Notes: generated by a model from the sequence alone, not told the origin. A stretch of DNA of 64,000 nt from Sulfurimonadaceae bacterium (GCA_041562555.1 JBFEXS010000001.1:17916-81915), one strand, 5' to 3'; shown: positions 20,580-29,210, counted from the stretch's first letter. A program made the numbers and translations.

Positions 20580-21071
20580 ATGGAAGATATCCTATATGCG
20601 CCTTGGCGTACGGAGTATATACAAGAGAAGATCGAAGGATGTGTTTTCTGTCACATCTCAGATCATGCAGATGATGACAAAGACCTTCATGTCCTCTATC
20701 GGGATGAGTATTGTTTTGTCGTCATGAATAAATATCCTTATACACCGGGGCATTTCATGATCATTCCTCATGTACATACGGATGCCCTGGAATCTCTTGA
20801 TCCTGAAGTATGGTTACATATTGCTTCTTTGGCACAAAAAGGTGTAAAGCTCTTAAAAGAGGGGTTTAATGCCCAAGGAGTGAATATTGGGATGAATCTG
20901 GGGAAAGCAGGCGGCGCAGGAATAGCAGAGCATATTCATCTGCATCTAGTACCTCGATGGGAACGAGACACCAATTTTATCACCTCAATTGCCCAAACAC
21001 GTGTATATTCTACAGATTTTGAGACAATCTATCAAAAATTGTTAAATTTAATGCCACAATATTTACTATAA
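20580..21071 (+). CDS. HIT-family nucleotide hydrolase
   Basis: LYAPWR, CVFC, HIHLHLVPRW. Confidence 0.93.
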   Translation: MEDILYAPWRTEYIQEKIEGCVFCHISDHADDDKDLHVLYRDEYCFVVMNKYPYTPGHFMIIPHVHTDALESLDPEVWLHIASLAQKGVKLLKEGFNAQGVNIGMNLGKAGGAGIAEHIHLHLVPRWERDTNFITSIAQTRVYSTDFETIYQKLLNLMPQYLL

Positions 21072-21109
21072 AATGTTATTATCACTGAAAAAAATATCAG
21101 AGATTTATT

Positions 21110-21565
21110 ATGCATACGATTTTCACGCCGACAAAAAAGAGTCTGTTGAAGGGTAAGGATCGGGTTCTGGAAGCGATTTCCAGTGAATCCTATCGTTATG
21201 ACCGGTACAAGGTTCCTTTTTGCCTAGCTGCTATCAATACCGAGAACCGTTCCCATCTTGAAAATATCAAGAAATATATTCGTAAGACAGATATATTAAT
21301 CCCGATCAGTGACACATGTGCCTGCGTCGCTCTTGCTTCGACTGAAATCCAGGATGCCGTTAAAATGGGAGAAAACTTCATTCGCGATCATGTAACCCAC
21401 GGAGAAAACAATAGAATCTATATTGGTGTGACAAGTGTAAAGCATAATCACTATAATTATGATATTGTTTCACGTGCTTTTTACACTTTGGATAAAGCAA
21501 GAGAACAGAACATATCATCTGTAGAAGATGATAATGTATTAGAAAACATGAAGGCTTGTATATGA
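21110..21565 (+). CDS. Hypothetical protein, degenerate GGDEF-like fold
   Basis: R.DRY..PFCLA, IRKTD, IGVT, RA..TL..A pattern but no GG(D/E)EF. Confidence 0.6.
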   Translation: MHTIFTPTKKSLLKGKDRVLEAISSESYRYDRYKVPFCLAAINTENRSHLENIKKYIRKTDILIPISDTCACVALASTEIQDAVKMGENFIRDHVTHGENNRIYIGVTSVKHNHYNYDIVSRAFYTLDKAREQNISSVEDDNVLENMKACI

Positions 21566-21891
21566 GTATGTCCGTATTATTAGAATTTAGTATGTTTCCA
21601 ACGAGTCCTGATGGCAGGGAAGGAGCAGGTGTCTCCGGGTATGTCAGCAAGGTCATAGATATGATTGACAAGAGTGGTGTTGCCTATCAGCTAACTCCAA
21701 TGGGAACTGTAGTCGAATGTGATTCCATGCGTGATGCTTTGGATGTGATCGAGAAAGCATATGAGTGTCTTAGTGATTGTGAACGTGTCTATTCTTCACT
21801 GAAGTTTGATATTCGTAAAGGTAAAAGTAACCGTCTAAAATCTAAGATAGACTCCGTTCAGAACGTTTTGGGTAGAGAGGTTAATCACTAA
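21562..21891 (+). CDS. MTH1187/YkoF family thiamine-binding protein
   Basis: EFSMFP, VSGYV, YQLTPMGTVVE, KFDIR; ATG overlaps the upstream stop. Confidence 0.88.
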   Translation: MSMSVLLEFSMFPTSPDGREGAGVSGYVSKVIDMIDKSGVAYQLTPMGTVVECDSMRDALDVIEKAYECLSDCERVYSSLKFDIRKGKSNRLKSKIDSVQNVLGREVNH

Positions 21892-22042
21892 CCCAAAACC
21901 CTCCCACATCTCCACCTAATCATAAACCATCCCAATCTTATCTTATTATTAGACTGACTTATAACTTCCTGATGATGCGATATTGTAATATTATGTTTTT
22001 ATGCTATAATATGTTAAATAAAATTAATTATTGGTGGGAAAA

Positions 22043-22399
22043 ATGAAAGAAACGGTTACATATGATCAAATTCATCCTTTGGTTCAATACGTAGAGATAG
22101 CATCCGATGTCGTTCAATGTCATTTTCATTGCCCTGTTAAATCTAAAAAGATTGTTGCTATTACACGCTTAACACGATTTGGCGATCGTGCACAACACGT
22201 TCCTGTGCCAGGTACAATAGGGCGCATCAAAGCTTCTGCACTTAATCAGTATAAAAAGTATTTTGGAAGATACGAGGAACCGACAGAAGTCGAGGATCCT
22301 GAAGTAGATAAAGAAAATGCAATTGTACATGCTTTTGGAAAAATTTCCGAGCGTTTTGTATGGAGCGAAACTCATAAACATTTTATTTATAAGTTCTGA
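22043..22399 (+). CDS. Hypothetical protein
   Basis: ORF with upstream TGcTATAAT (22002-22010) and GGGA RBS; downstream hairpin. Confidence 0.65.
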   Translation: MKETVTYDQIHPLVQYVEIASDVVQCHFHCPVKSKKIVAITRLTRFGDRAQHVPVPGTIGRIKASALNQYKKYFGRYEEPTEVEDPEVDKENAIVHAFGKISERFVWSETHKHFIYKF

Positions 22400-22406
22400 A
22401 TGCAGC

Positions 22407-22428
22407 GAGCAGAAGATATCTCCTGCTC
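22407..22428. terminator. Hairpin between convergent genes
   Basis: GAGCAG-aagatatctc-CTGCTC. Confidence 0.45.
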
Positions 22429-22449
22429 AATAAACTCAAAGTATGAATA

Positions 22450-22647
22450 TTAGTGTGCGCCACCCAATGCTCTTGCACTCTCTTCAGTCTCTATCCCATG
22501 TTTTAAAAAACAGCTAAAAGCGGCAGTTACGGCAATGATCTTTAGATCAGACTCCCCCACAAGGGCCCATACTAGACAGAAAAGCAGTGCAACTGCCGAG
22601 ATCGCAAATTTAGTTTTATTGGTAGTTAATTCTTCATGATGTGTCAT
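22450..22647 (-). CDS. Small 2-TM hypothetical protein
   Basis: AAGGAGA RBS, TGaTATAAT upstream, hydrophobic hairpin. Confidence 0.7.
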   Translation of the reverse strand: MTHHEELTTNKTKFAISAVALLFCLVWALVGESDLKIIAVTAAFSCFLKHGIETEESARALGGAH

Positions 22648-22717
22648 TTTTTCTCCTTGAAAAAATATTATATCAGCCTAATATATACTCAAGATTAAAT
22701 CTTGGATATAATGGGGC

Positions 22718-23197
22718 ATGGATAAAAAGAAAATTCGAAGTTTGGCCATTATTGGCATTATCATCATTATGCTTATTGCACTTATTGTTTATGGTATCAC
22801 AAACTCTGCTTTTAACTTCAAAGGTAATACCTTGAAGCAGAAACAAAAGGTCGGTCTTGGATATGTACGTACGGGTCGTGTTGAATATAATGCTCCGGAA
22901 GTGTTTTTATTGGGCGACTTTACGACGAACATGGCTACAAATGACAGGGCAGGAAAGTTCGTTCGGGTAGAAATACGCCTAAAGATGAGTACAACAGACC
23001 TGGCTGATGAGCTAAAAGAGAAAAATATCGTCTTGCGGGATGCGGTGATCGAAGAGATGAGTCTTAAGCGTTTTTCACAGGTCTCAACAGAAAAAGGCAA
23101 ACTGGAATTAAAAGAAAATATCAAAAACAGAATGAACACGATTCTTGCCGACGGTGACGTTGAGGAAGTTTACTTTACGAAGTTTATTGTCCAGTAG
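22718..23197 (+). CDS. fliL: Flagellar basal body-associated FliL family protein
   Basis: N-terminal TM, FTTNM, LRDAVI, GKLELK, EVYFTKFIVQ. Confidence 0.9.
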   Translation: MDKKKIRSLAIIGIIIIMLIALIVYGITNSAFNFKGNTLKQKQKVGLGYVRTGRVEYNAPEVFLLGDFTTNMATNDRAGKFVRVEIRLKMSTTDLADELKEKNIVLRDAVIEEMSLKRFSQVSTEKGKLELKENIKNRMNTILADGDVEEVYFTKFIVQ

Positions 23198-23238
23198 CTA
23201 AGAAAGAAACCGGGTTTCTTTCTTCTTGTACACTGTGA

Positions 23239-23475
23239 CTAAGCTGCCGTATTCATATATACAACATATAAAGAGATGCTGATCATAAGCAAAAAACTTA
23301 GTACTACAGGTAGCGGGATAGGGTCTAAAGCAAGGTATGCAAAGTGAAACAACGCTGCGATTGCCAAAGGAATGGTATACACAGGCATAAAGAAAAACAT
23401 TGCGATGAGAACAGAAAACCAAAAAGTTGCTGCGATAAGCTTAACACTGTTACCCGTAGACTTGATATGCGTCAT
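23239..23475 (-). CDS. Small membrane hypothetical protein
   Basis: GGAGA RBS before MTHIK, gcTAAAAT -10, about 3 hydrophobic segments. Confidence 0.65.
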   Translation of the reverse strand: MTHIKSTGNSVKLIAATFWFSVLIAMFFFMPVYTIPLAIAALFHFAYLALDPIPLPVVLSFLLMISISLYVVYMNTAA

Positions 23476-23750
23476 TGAGATCTCCATAAATAAAAGTTAT
23501 ATTATTTTAGCTCATAAGTTTTATTTTAATAATATTTCTTAATAAAAAGATATAACTCTTTATTATAAGTGTTACTATTATATATACTATTAAATTATGG
23601 TGTATGTTGGATCGTTATGATATATTAGCGTGATCATCTTTCACGGCTGAGAGTTTTAAGACATGAGATCATAGAAAAATTGTGATAGTTACTCTGATAG
23701 GGAAGGGAATTCGTTATAATCACATCTAAAGATTACAATAAAGAATTTAT

Positions 23751-24782
23751 ATGAATGCAATACAGCGTGTAAAAGAAGCGATCGAAGAGATCAAAAAAGG
23801 CAAGATGGTCATCATGATGGATGATGAGGATAGAGAAAATGAGGGTGATTTGGTCTATGCCTCTACATTTTCAACTCCCGAACATGTAAATTTCATGGCT
23901 ACGCATGCTAAAGGTCTGATCTGTGTTGCTATCTCAAATGATATTGCAACACGCCTGGAACTTAATCCCATGGTAAGTTCCAACACATCGATGCATGAGA
24001 CGGCATTTACCGTTTCCGTAGATGCGACCGAAGCTGTGACCGGTATCTCTGCTGCAGAAAGGGATATGACAATCAAGATCTTGGCAAACCCACTTAGCAA
24101 ACCAAGTGAGCTTGTAAAGCCCGGACATATCTTCCCGCTTATTGCCAAAGAGGGTGGGACACTTATACGTACAGGGCATACAGAGGGTTCGGTGGACCTT
24201 TGCCGTCTTGCAGGACTTGCGGAATCTTCGGTGATCTGTGAAATCATGAAAGAAGATGGGACAATGGCCCGTCGCGATGATCTTGAGATATTTGCCAAGG
24301 AGCATGATCAAAAGATAGTCTATATTTCGGATATTGTTGAATATCGACTTGCAAATGAGAGTCTCATCCGTGACACGCATGCCTCAGATGGTGAGTTCTT
24401 TGGAGTCAAAGTTAAAAAACATATCTTTATCGATCATGAAGAGAATGAGCATACAGCGATAGTCTTTCACAATGCAGGAGAGACAGCGAATGTTAAAGTA
24501 CATAATATAATCTCTGATCTTGAGCTGCTTTCCAATGCAAGTAAATACGAGCAGTTGATCGATTCGATCGATTATTTAAAACAAAATAGCGGGGTTTTGC
24601 TCTTTATCGATCATCCGACTCACCATGCAACTGCGATGAAAGAGTATGGGGTCGGCGCCCAGATACTTAAAAGTCTTGGTGTGAAACACATGCGCCTGTT
24701 AACAAGCGCTCAAAAGACTGACTTCGTTGGGCTTTCGGGCTTTGGTCTGGAAGTCGCTGAAGTAATCAATCCTTCTGCATAG
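23751..24782 (+). CDS. ribB: DHBP synthase fused to degenerate GTP cyclohydrolase II domain (RibBX-type)
   Basis: DDEDRENEGD, PGHIFPL, RTGHTEGS, ICEI; C-terminal YGVGAQIL without Zn cysteines. Confidence 0.92.
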   Translation: MNAIQRVKEAIEEIKKGKMVIMMDDEDRENEGDLVYASTFSTPEHVNFMATHAKGLICVAISNDIATRLELNPMVSSNTSMHETAFTVSVDATEAVTGISAAERDMTIKILANPLSKPSELVKPGHIFPLIAKEGGTLIRTGHTEGSVDLCRLAGLAESSVICEIMKEDGTMARRDDLEIFAKEHDQKIVYISDIVEYRLANESLIRDTHASDGEFFGVKVKKHIFIDHEENEHTAIVFHNAGETANVKVHNIISDLELLSNASKYEQLIDSIDYLKQNSGVLLFIDHPTHHATAMKEYGVGAQILKSLGVKHMRLLTSAQKTDFVGLSGFGLEVAEVINPSA

Positions 24783-24802
24783 CGATTATTCTTTATCTTC
24801 GA

Positions 24803-24830
24803 TGTCACTAAATTAATACATTTAGTGACA
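24803..24830. terminator. Perfect 11-bp inverted repeat after ribB (terminator or operator)
   Basis: TGTCACTAAAT-taatac-ATTTAGTGACA followed by a T-tract at 24837-24842. Confidence 0.6.
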
Positions 24831-24944
24831 AACTGCTTTTTTAACTTCTAAATTGTATAAATTAAAACAACTATTTACTTTTTTATTATATGCTTTACTT
24901 ATATTAGGAGTGTTTTTACACCTTCTTGATCGTAAGGGAATATC

Positions 24945-26180
24945 ATGTCAGACTTACCGGAATGTTTACAGCCTGCTGTTGCACAACTTGAAAAATACGA
25001 AACTCAGATCGCTGCCTTAGAGAGTAAGAATCATAACCTTGATGACAACCTGAGAACTCTGCATGAGGAAAAAGAAGCACTTCGTCAGAAGATCGAAGAG
25101 GAGACCAAAGCCCATGCCCTGGCCCTTGAGAGTTTTGAAAAAGAGAAACTGACTTTACGAGAACTCAACCTCGTCGTCAGTGAACAGTTAAAAGAAAAAT
25201 CGCAAGAGTTAAGTGCACTTAATCAATCACGTTCAGACCTTGAAGAAGAAAACAGCCGCTTTAAAACATTGAATTCTCAGTTGAGTGAACAAAATGAAAA
25301 AGTAAGCAGTGAGTCGTTGCACGTTAACGTACAGCAAGAAGCCCTTTCGACTGAAGCGAGCAGGTTGCGTGAAGAAGTGGAGAAACTGCGTTCAGAAAAC
25401 AGCGCCCTAAAAGAAGAGGTCTCTGCCTTGACTTTGGTCAACAGTGCGATGCATCAGCGTCAGCAAAGTCTGGCTCAGGGCACAGAGGGCAGTGTTGATG
25501 ATAGTGCCCTGTTAGCTGAGATTGACAGGCTTAAAGGTGAGTTGAATAAAGCAAATAGCGGTGAAGGAGGGGACATCTCTTTCTTGAAAAGTGAGAATGA
25601 ACGTCTGATGCAGCGCCATGGCGAGATCACCCAGGAGAAGATGCAGGCTTCTGCGAAGATGCATGCCGCTCAGGATGAGCTTGTCGGCGTGAAAGCACGA
25701 TTGGATGAAGCAAGTAAGCATATTGAACAGCTTGAGTTTGAACATCAAGGTCTGCAGAACTTACATAAGAACCTGCTTGAAGAGAGAGATGCTCTGATTG
25801 CAGATAACAGTACCCTGGTAGAAGACAAAGCAAAACTGGATGAGAAGGTTCAACATCTTAGCGAGACTATTCAGCGTGTATCCACTGAGAAAGAGCTTGT
25901 CGAACAAGAACTCAACCAAGAACATATCAAAGCCGATGCGATGACGGAAGAAGTGAATCATCTTCGTTTAAAAAGCCGGACCCTGGCTGAAGAGATCAAA
26001 GCGCTCAAGCAAGAGGCTCAAGCTGCTGCCGAACAGGATCTGCAACCCGAAGTCCAAGTGCTGGAGATCAGAGATGATGAAGAAGTTCCCGGCTCACATG
26101 ATATTGAGATTGTTGTTCCAAGCACGAACGAAGGTCCGCACTTTCCAGGTGAGTTCCATCGTGAAGAGGAAAACAGGTAG
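24945..26180 (+). CDS. Long coiled-coil hypothetical protein
   Basis: E/L/K/Q/S-rich heptads over about 350 aa, AAGGGA RBS, no signal peptide or TM. Confidence 0.8.
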   Translation: MSDLPECLQPAVAQLEKYETQIAALESKNHNLDDNLRTLHEEKEALRQKIEEETKAHALALESFEKEKLTLRELNLVVSEQLKEKSQELSALNQSRSDLEEENSRFKTLNSQLSEQNEKVSSESLHVNVQQEALSTEASRLREEVEKLRSENSALKEEVSALTLVNSAMHQRQQSLAQGTEGSVDDSALLAEIDRLKGELNKANSGEGGDISFLKSENERLMQRHGEITQEKMQASAKMHAAQDELVGVKARLDEASKHIEQLEFEHQGLQNLHKNLLEERDALIADNSTLVEDKAKLDEKVQHLSETIQRVSTEKELVEQELNQEHIKADAMTEEVNHLRLKSRTLAEEIKALKQEAQAAAEQDLQPEVQVLEIRDDEEVPGSHDIEIVVPSTNEGPHFPGEFHREEENR

Positions 26181-26243
26181 CGCCAATCTCTTCACAAGCC
26201 TTTTTTCGTTATCCTTGCACCAATTAATAGCAGCAGGATAATC

Positions 26244-27149
26244 ATGTCAGATAAAAAAATCATTATTTTAGATACGGAAACAACAGGAGTTCTTGAAGAA
26301 GACCGTATCATTCAGTTAAGCTACCTTGTGACGGATGCTGATGGAAACATTGAAGAAGTCCATAACGAGTTTTGTCAAGCCCCTTTAGCCATAAAGTTTG
26401 ATGCAATGGCCATTCATCACATCACCCCAGAGATGCTTGAAGGAAAGCCCGAATGTACACAGCTTAAGGCCTTTTCCCGTCTACAGGAATTAAACACACC
26501 GGAAAATATCATCGTTATTCAAAGTGCCGAGTTCGATCTGGGTATGCTGGAAAAAGAGGGCTTTATCTCACAGATGAAGCTTATTGACACCTTTAGAATA
26601 CACCGTTATTTTTACCATGAAGATCCTCATGGTCTGCAATATAATCGATATGCATTGGGACTGTATCAAAAAGAGGCAGCGCAAATGCAGGAATTGGGTG
26701 TGCAGATCGCTGCCCATGATGCACTGGGTGATGTCATTGTATTAAAAAATTTTTATGATCATCTGCTGAAAAGTCATAGTGAAGAGACGATGATCGACAT
26801 GTGTTCAAAGCCTATTCTGATGGAGATCATGCCTTTTGGTAAACATAAGGGTAAACGTATAGAAGAAGTGGCCGTCAGCGAAAGACGCAGTTTGTCGTAT
26901 ATGCTTGAGACCTTTGACCTTGATCAGGATCTGCGTTACAGCTTTGAATATTATTATGAACTGATGAAAGATCAAGCGTCTTTGATCATAGGCTTTGGAA
27001 AATATAAAGGAAAGGCTCCGGCTGATATTGTTCATGAAGACCGTTCGTATTTGGAATGGATGCATAATAAAGCAGAAAACATAGCGGTCGAATTGAAAGT
27101 GGAGATCAAGCGCGTACTAGATGAGACGGCTGCACAGGGAAAAAACTGA
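26244..27149 (+). CDS. DEDDh 3'-5' exonuclease (ExoX-like) with two C-terminal FGK(H/Y)KG modules
   Basis: LDTETTG, AEFD, AHDALGD; MPFGKHKGK and IGFGKYKGK. Confidence 0.88.
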   Translation: MSDKKIIILDTETTGVLEEDRIIQLSYLVTDADGNIEEVHNEFCQAPLAIKFDAMAIHHITPEMLEGKPECTQLKAFSRLQELNTPENIIVIQSAEFDLGMLEKEGFISQMKLIDTFRIHRYFYHEDPHGLQYNRYALGLYQKEAAQMQELGVQIAAHDALGDVIVLKNFYDHLLKSHSEETMIDMCSKPILMEIMPFGKHKGKRIEEVAVSERRSLSYMLETFDLDQDLRYSFEYYYELMKDQASLIIGFGKYKGKAPADIVHEDRSYLEWMHNKAENIAVELKVEIKRVLDETAAQGKN

Positions 27150-27260
27150 TCTGTCATTAGAACCTTGCTGCGTTTTAAGTTTTATGACTAACTTATCAAG
27201 AGATCGAATGATTCAATTAAAAACCAGTAGGATTTGAAAAAAATCAAAGGGTGTGTTCAC

Positions 27261-28394
27261 ATGGATCAATTTGAGGTGAATAAGGCAATAGAGGACTTTA
27301 TGCATCCAACGGTATATACCGGTGTCAAACCTGTGTTACTGGTTGCGGAGGAGCTGGCGACTGAACATGGGGTAGGCCAGGTCGTTGAAGCTGTCTGGGC
27401 CGGTATCAACTCGGATAAAGAGTTCAATTACATATCCAAATTTGCCGTGAGTGGAAAGATAATCCTCGACAAATACTACCGGCAAGATGAGAGAGAGCCT
27501 TTTCGGGGCAGATTGGCACTTGCAAGTAGAGACAATCTGGAGAAAGTGGTACTGCATCGCAATTGTCTGGAAGAGATAAAGCTTCTAAAAGCTAAAAGAG
27601 CCCAGGTGCTCGATCAGATCAGACGGGACTTTGATGATCTTCACAGAATATGCTCAGATGATGAAGAAATCTACCTTTTCGAGAAGAAAGATGGAGACTG
27701 GGAAGAAGAGTTCTTTAGTGATCTGAACATCAATATACCCTACAGACTGATTGATTGTCAAAAAAATGAGAACTCCCTTCAGCTGCATCTGCATAACCCA
27801 AAACTGGGCAGAGCCAAAAAATATCCAAATACGGACAGGTTTTACGGATATTTCGTCGGATCACAGGCGGAGATAGCGGGATTGAAACTAAAAAGTGAGA
27901 GTTATTTTACACGTATTGTCTCTTTGGAAAACAATGCAAAAAAGCTGATAAAAGCGATTGAATGGCTGGACCTGGAAGATGCGCGTATAAAAACAGCCAT
28001 CGAAAAATTGCCTCAGCATCCCTTTGAAGAGTATTTTCGTTATGTCAAAAAGGATGATGTCCGAAGGGTTGATGTCTCTGAGGCTTTGGTCGAAACGCTT
28101 AAGAAGATCATCCTGAAGCATATGCCTGAAAACAATACTCCTATGGGTATGGAATATATTCCCATCGACAGGTTGTTGTATCTTTTTCATATGATCATTT
28201 CGCGAGATGAGGCACTTGTCGCACTTGAGTCATGTGATATCGTTTATGAACCTCCCGGGGTGCTGCTCGGATACGGAGGCGAACGTAAGCTCCCGCCTAA
28301 GTACCTGGTACCTATCCGTCATGTCGCCCATGCATACCAAAGGTTTCCCAGTTTTATGAGTGTGTGTGAGGGCTTTGTTGATGATACCGTGTAA
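27261..28394 (+). CDS. Hypothetical protein
   Basis: Long ORF, AAAGGG upstream of the ATG (alternative TTG at 27234); no motif recognised. Confidence 0.75.
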   Translation: MDQFEVNKAIEDFMHPTVYTGVKPVLLVAEELATEHGVGQVVEAVWAGINSDKEFNYISKFAVSGKIILDKYYRQDEREPFRGRLALASRDNLEKVVLHRNCLEEIKLLKAKRAQVLDQIRRDFDDLHRICSDDEEIYLFEKKDGDWEEEFFSDLNINIPYRLIDCQKNENSLQLHLHNPKLGRAKKYPNTDRFYGYFVGSQAEIAGLKLKSESYFTRIVSLENNAKKLIKAIEWLDLEDARIKTAIEKLPQHPFEEYFRYVKKDDVRRVDVSEALVETLKKIILKHMPENNTPMGMEYIPIDRLLYLFHMIISRDEALVALESCDIVYEPPGVLLGYGGERKLPPKYLVPIRHVAHAYQRFPSFMSVCEGFVDDTV

Positions 28395-28476
28395 TAGTAT
28401 GAATATTTTATTTTAGGTTTTAAAATATTTGGTTACTGTTCTCTTATTTAAATGATGTGCAATAAGGAAAAATAGC

Positions 28477-28851
28477 ATGAATATACGCGTTTATTATGAA
28501 GATACGGACATGGGCGGGATCGTCTATCATGCTAACTATTTGAAGTTTTGTGAACGTGACCGCAGTGAAAAGTTTTTTCAAAGCGGTGTGACACCTCATT
28601 TTGAGGGAGGAGAATTTGTGGCAGTAAGTCTGCAGGCAGACTTTAAAGCACCGGCGCAATTGGGCGACCTTTTAGAGGTCAAGACAGAGATACTCTCCTT
28701 AAGCCGAAGCGTCTTGACCTTGGATCAGAAGGTGTTCAAAGAGGATAAACTCCTGTTTGACATGCAGATCAAATTAGGCTTTGTCAAAGAAGGAAAACTT
28801 GGACGTATGACTGAGGACACCCAGGAGAAAATCCAGAGTATGTTCTCGTAA
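28477..28851 (+). CDS. ybgC: YbgC/FadM family acyl-CoA thioesterase
   Basis: RVYYEDTDMGGIVYHANYLKFCER. Confidence 0.93.
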   Translation: MNIRVYYEDTDMGGIVYHANYLKFCERDRSEKFFQSGVTPHFEGGEFVAVSLQADFKAPAQLGDLLEVKTEILSLSRSVLTLDQKVFKEDKLLFDMQIKLGFVKEGKLGRMTEDTQEKIQSMFS

Positions 28852-28853
28852 TA

Positions 28854-29081
28854 TCAGTGGTAGTTCACCCTGATGATGGATTGCTCTTTTCTGCGTTCCG
28901 GGTAAAACCTGCATTGAAAGGGAAAGACGAAACTCATGGAGTGTTTGCTCTTTTCTTTGAGTGCTGTATGCAGGTCGGTGAAATAGGCAATAGGCTCGAT
29001 ATAACGTGTCCGGTTCCCATGGACGTCTTGTCCATAGAAGACTTTTTGTAATGAGAATGAGATACCTGTAGGTTTTCGCAT
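28854..29081 (-). CDS. Small hypothetical protein
   Basis: AAGGA RBS, TGcTACCAT -10-like element upstream. Confidence 0.6.
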   Translation of the reverse strand: MRKPTGISFSLQKVFYGQDVHGNRTRYIEPIAYFTDLHTALKEKSKHSMSFVFPFQCRFYPERRKEQSIIRVNYH

Positions 29082-29210
29082 GAAGTTTCCTTTATTTGAA
29101 AATCTTTAGTATATGGTAGCAGTTTGTTGTCACATTGATATTACAAAAAATTATAAATATGGGCAAAGAAGGAAAAGAGGATATAAAGAGAAACTGTCAT
29201 ACTGAAGAGC

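Noticed and set aside
23488..23750. FMN riboswitch upstream of ribB
   Set aside because: The RFN consensus (AGGGTGAAA.TCCC.ACCGGCGGT) is absent, and a TATAAT lies only about 30 nt before the ATG
27157..27172. Sigma54-like site before the orphan gene at 27261
   Set aside because: Lacks the invariant GG and the correct spacing
28857..29051. 64-aa plus-strand ORF after ybgC
   Set aside because: The minus-strand 75-aa ORF in the same interval has the RBS and promoter
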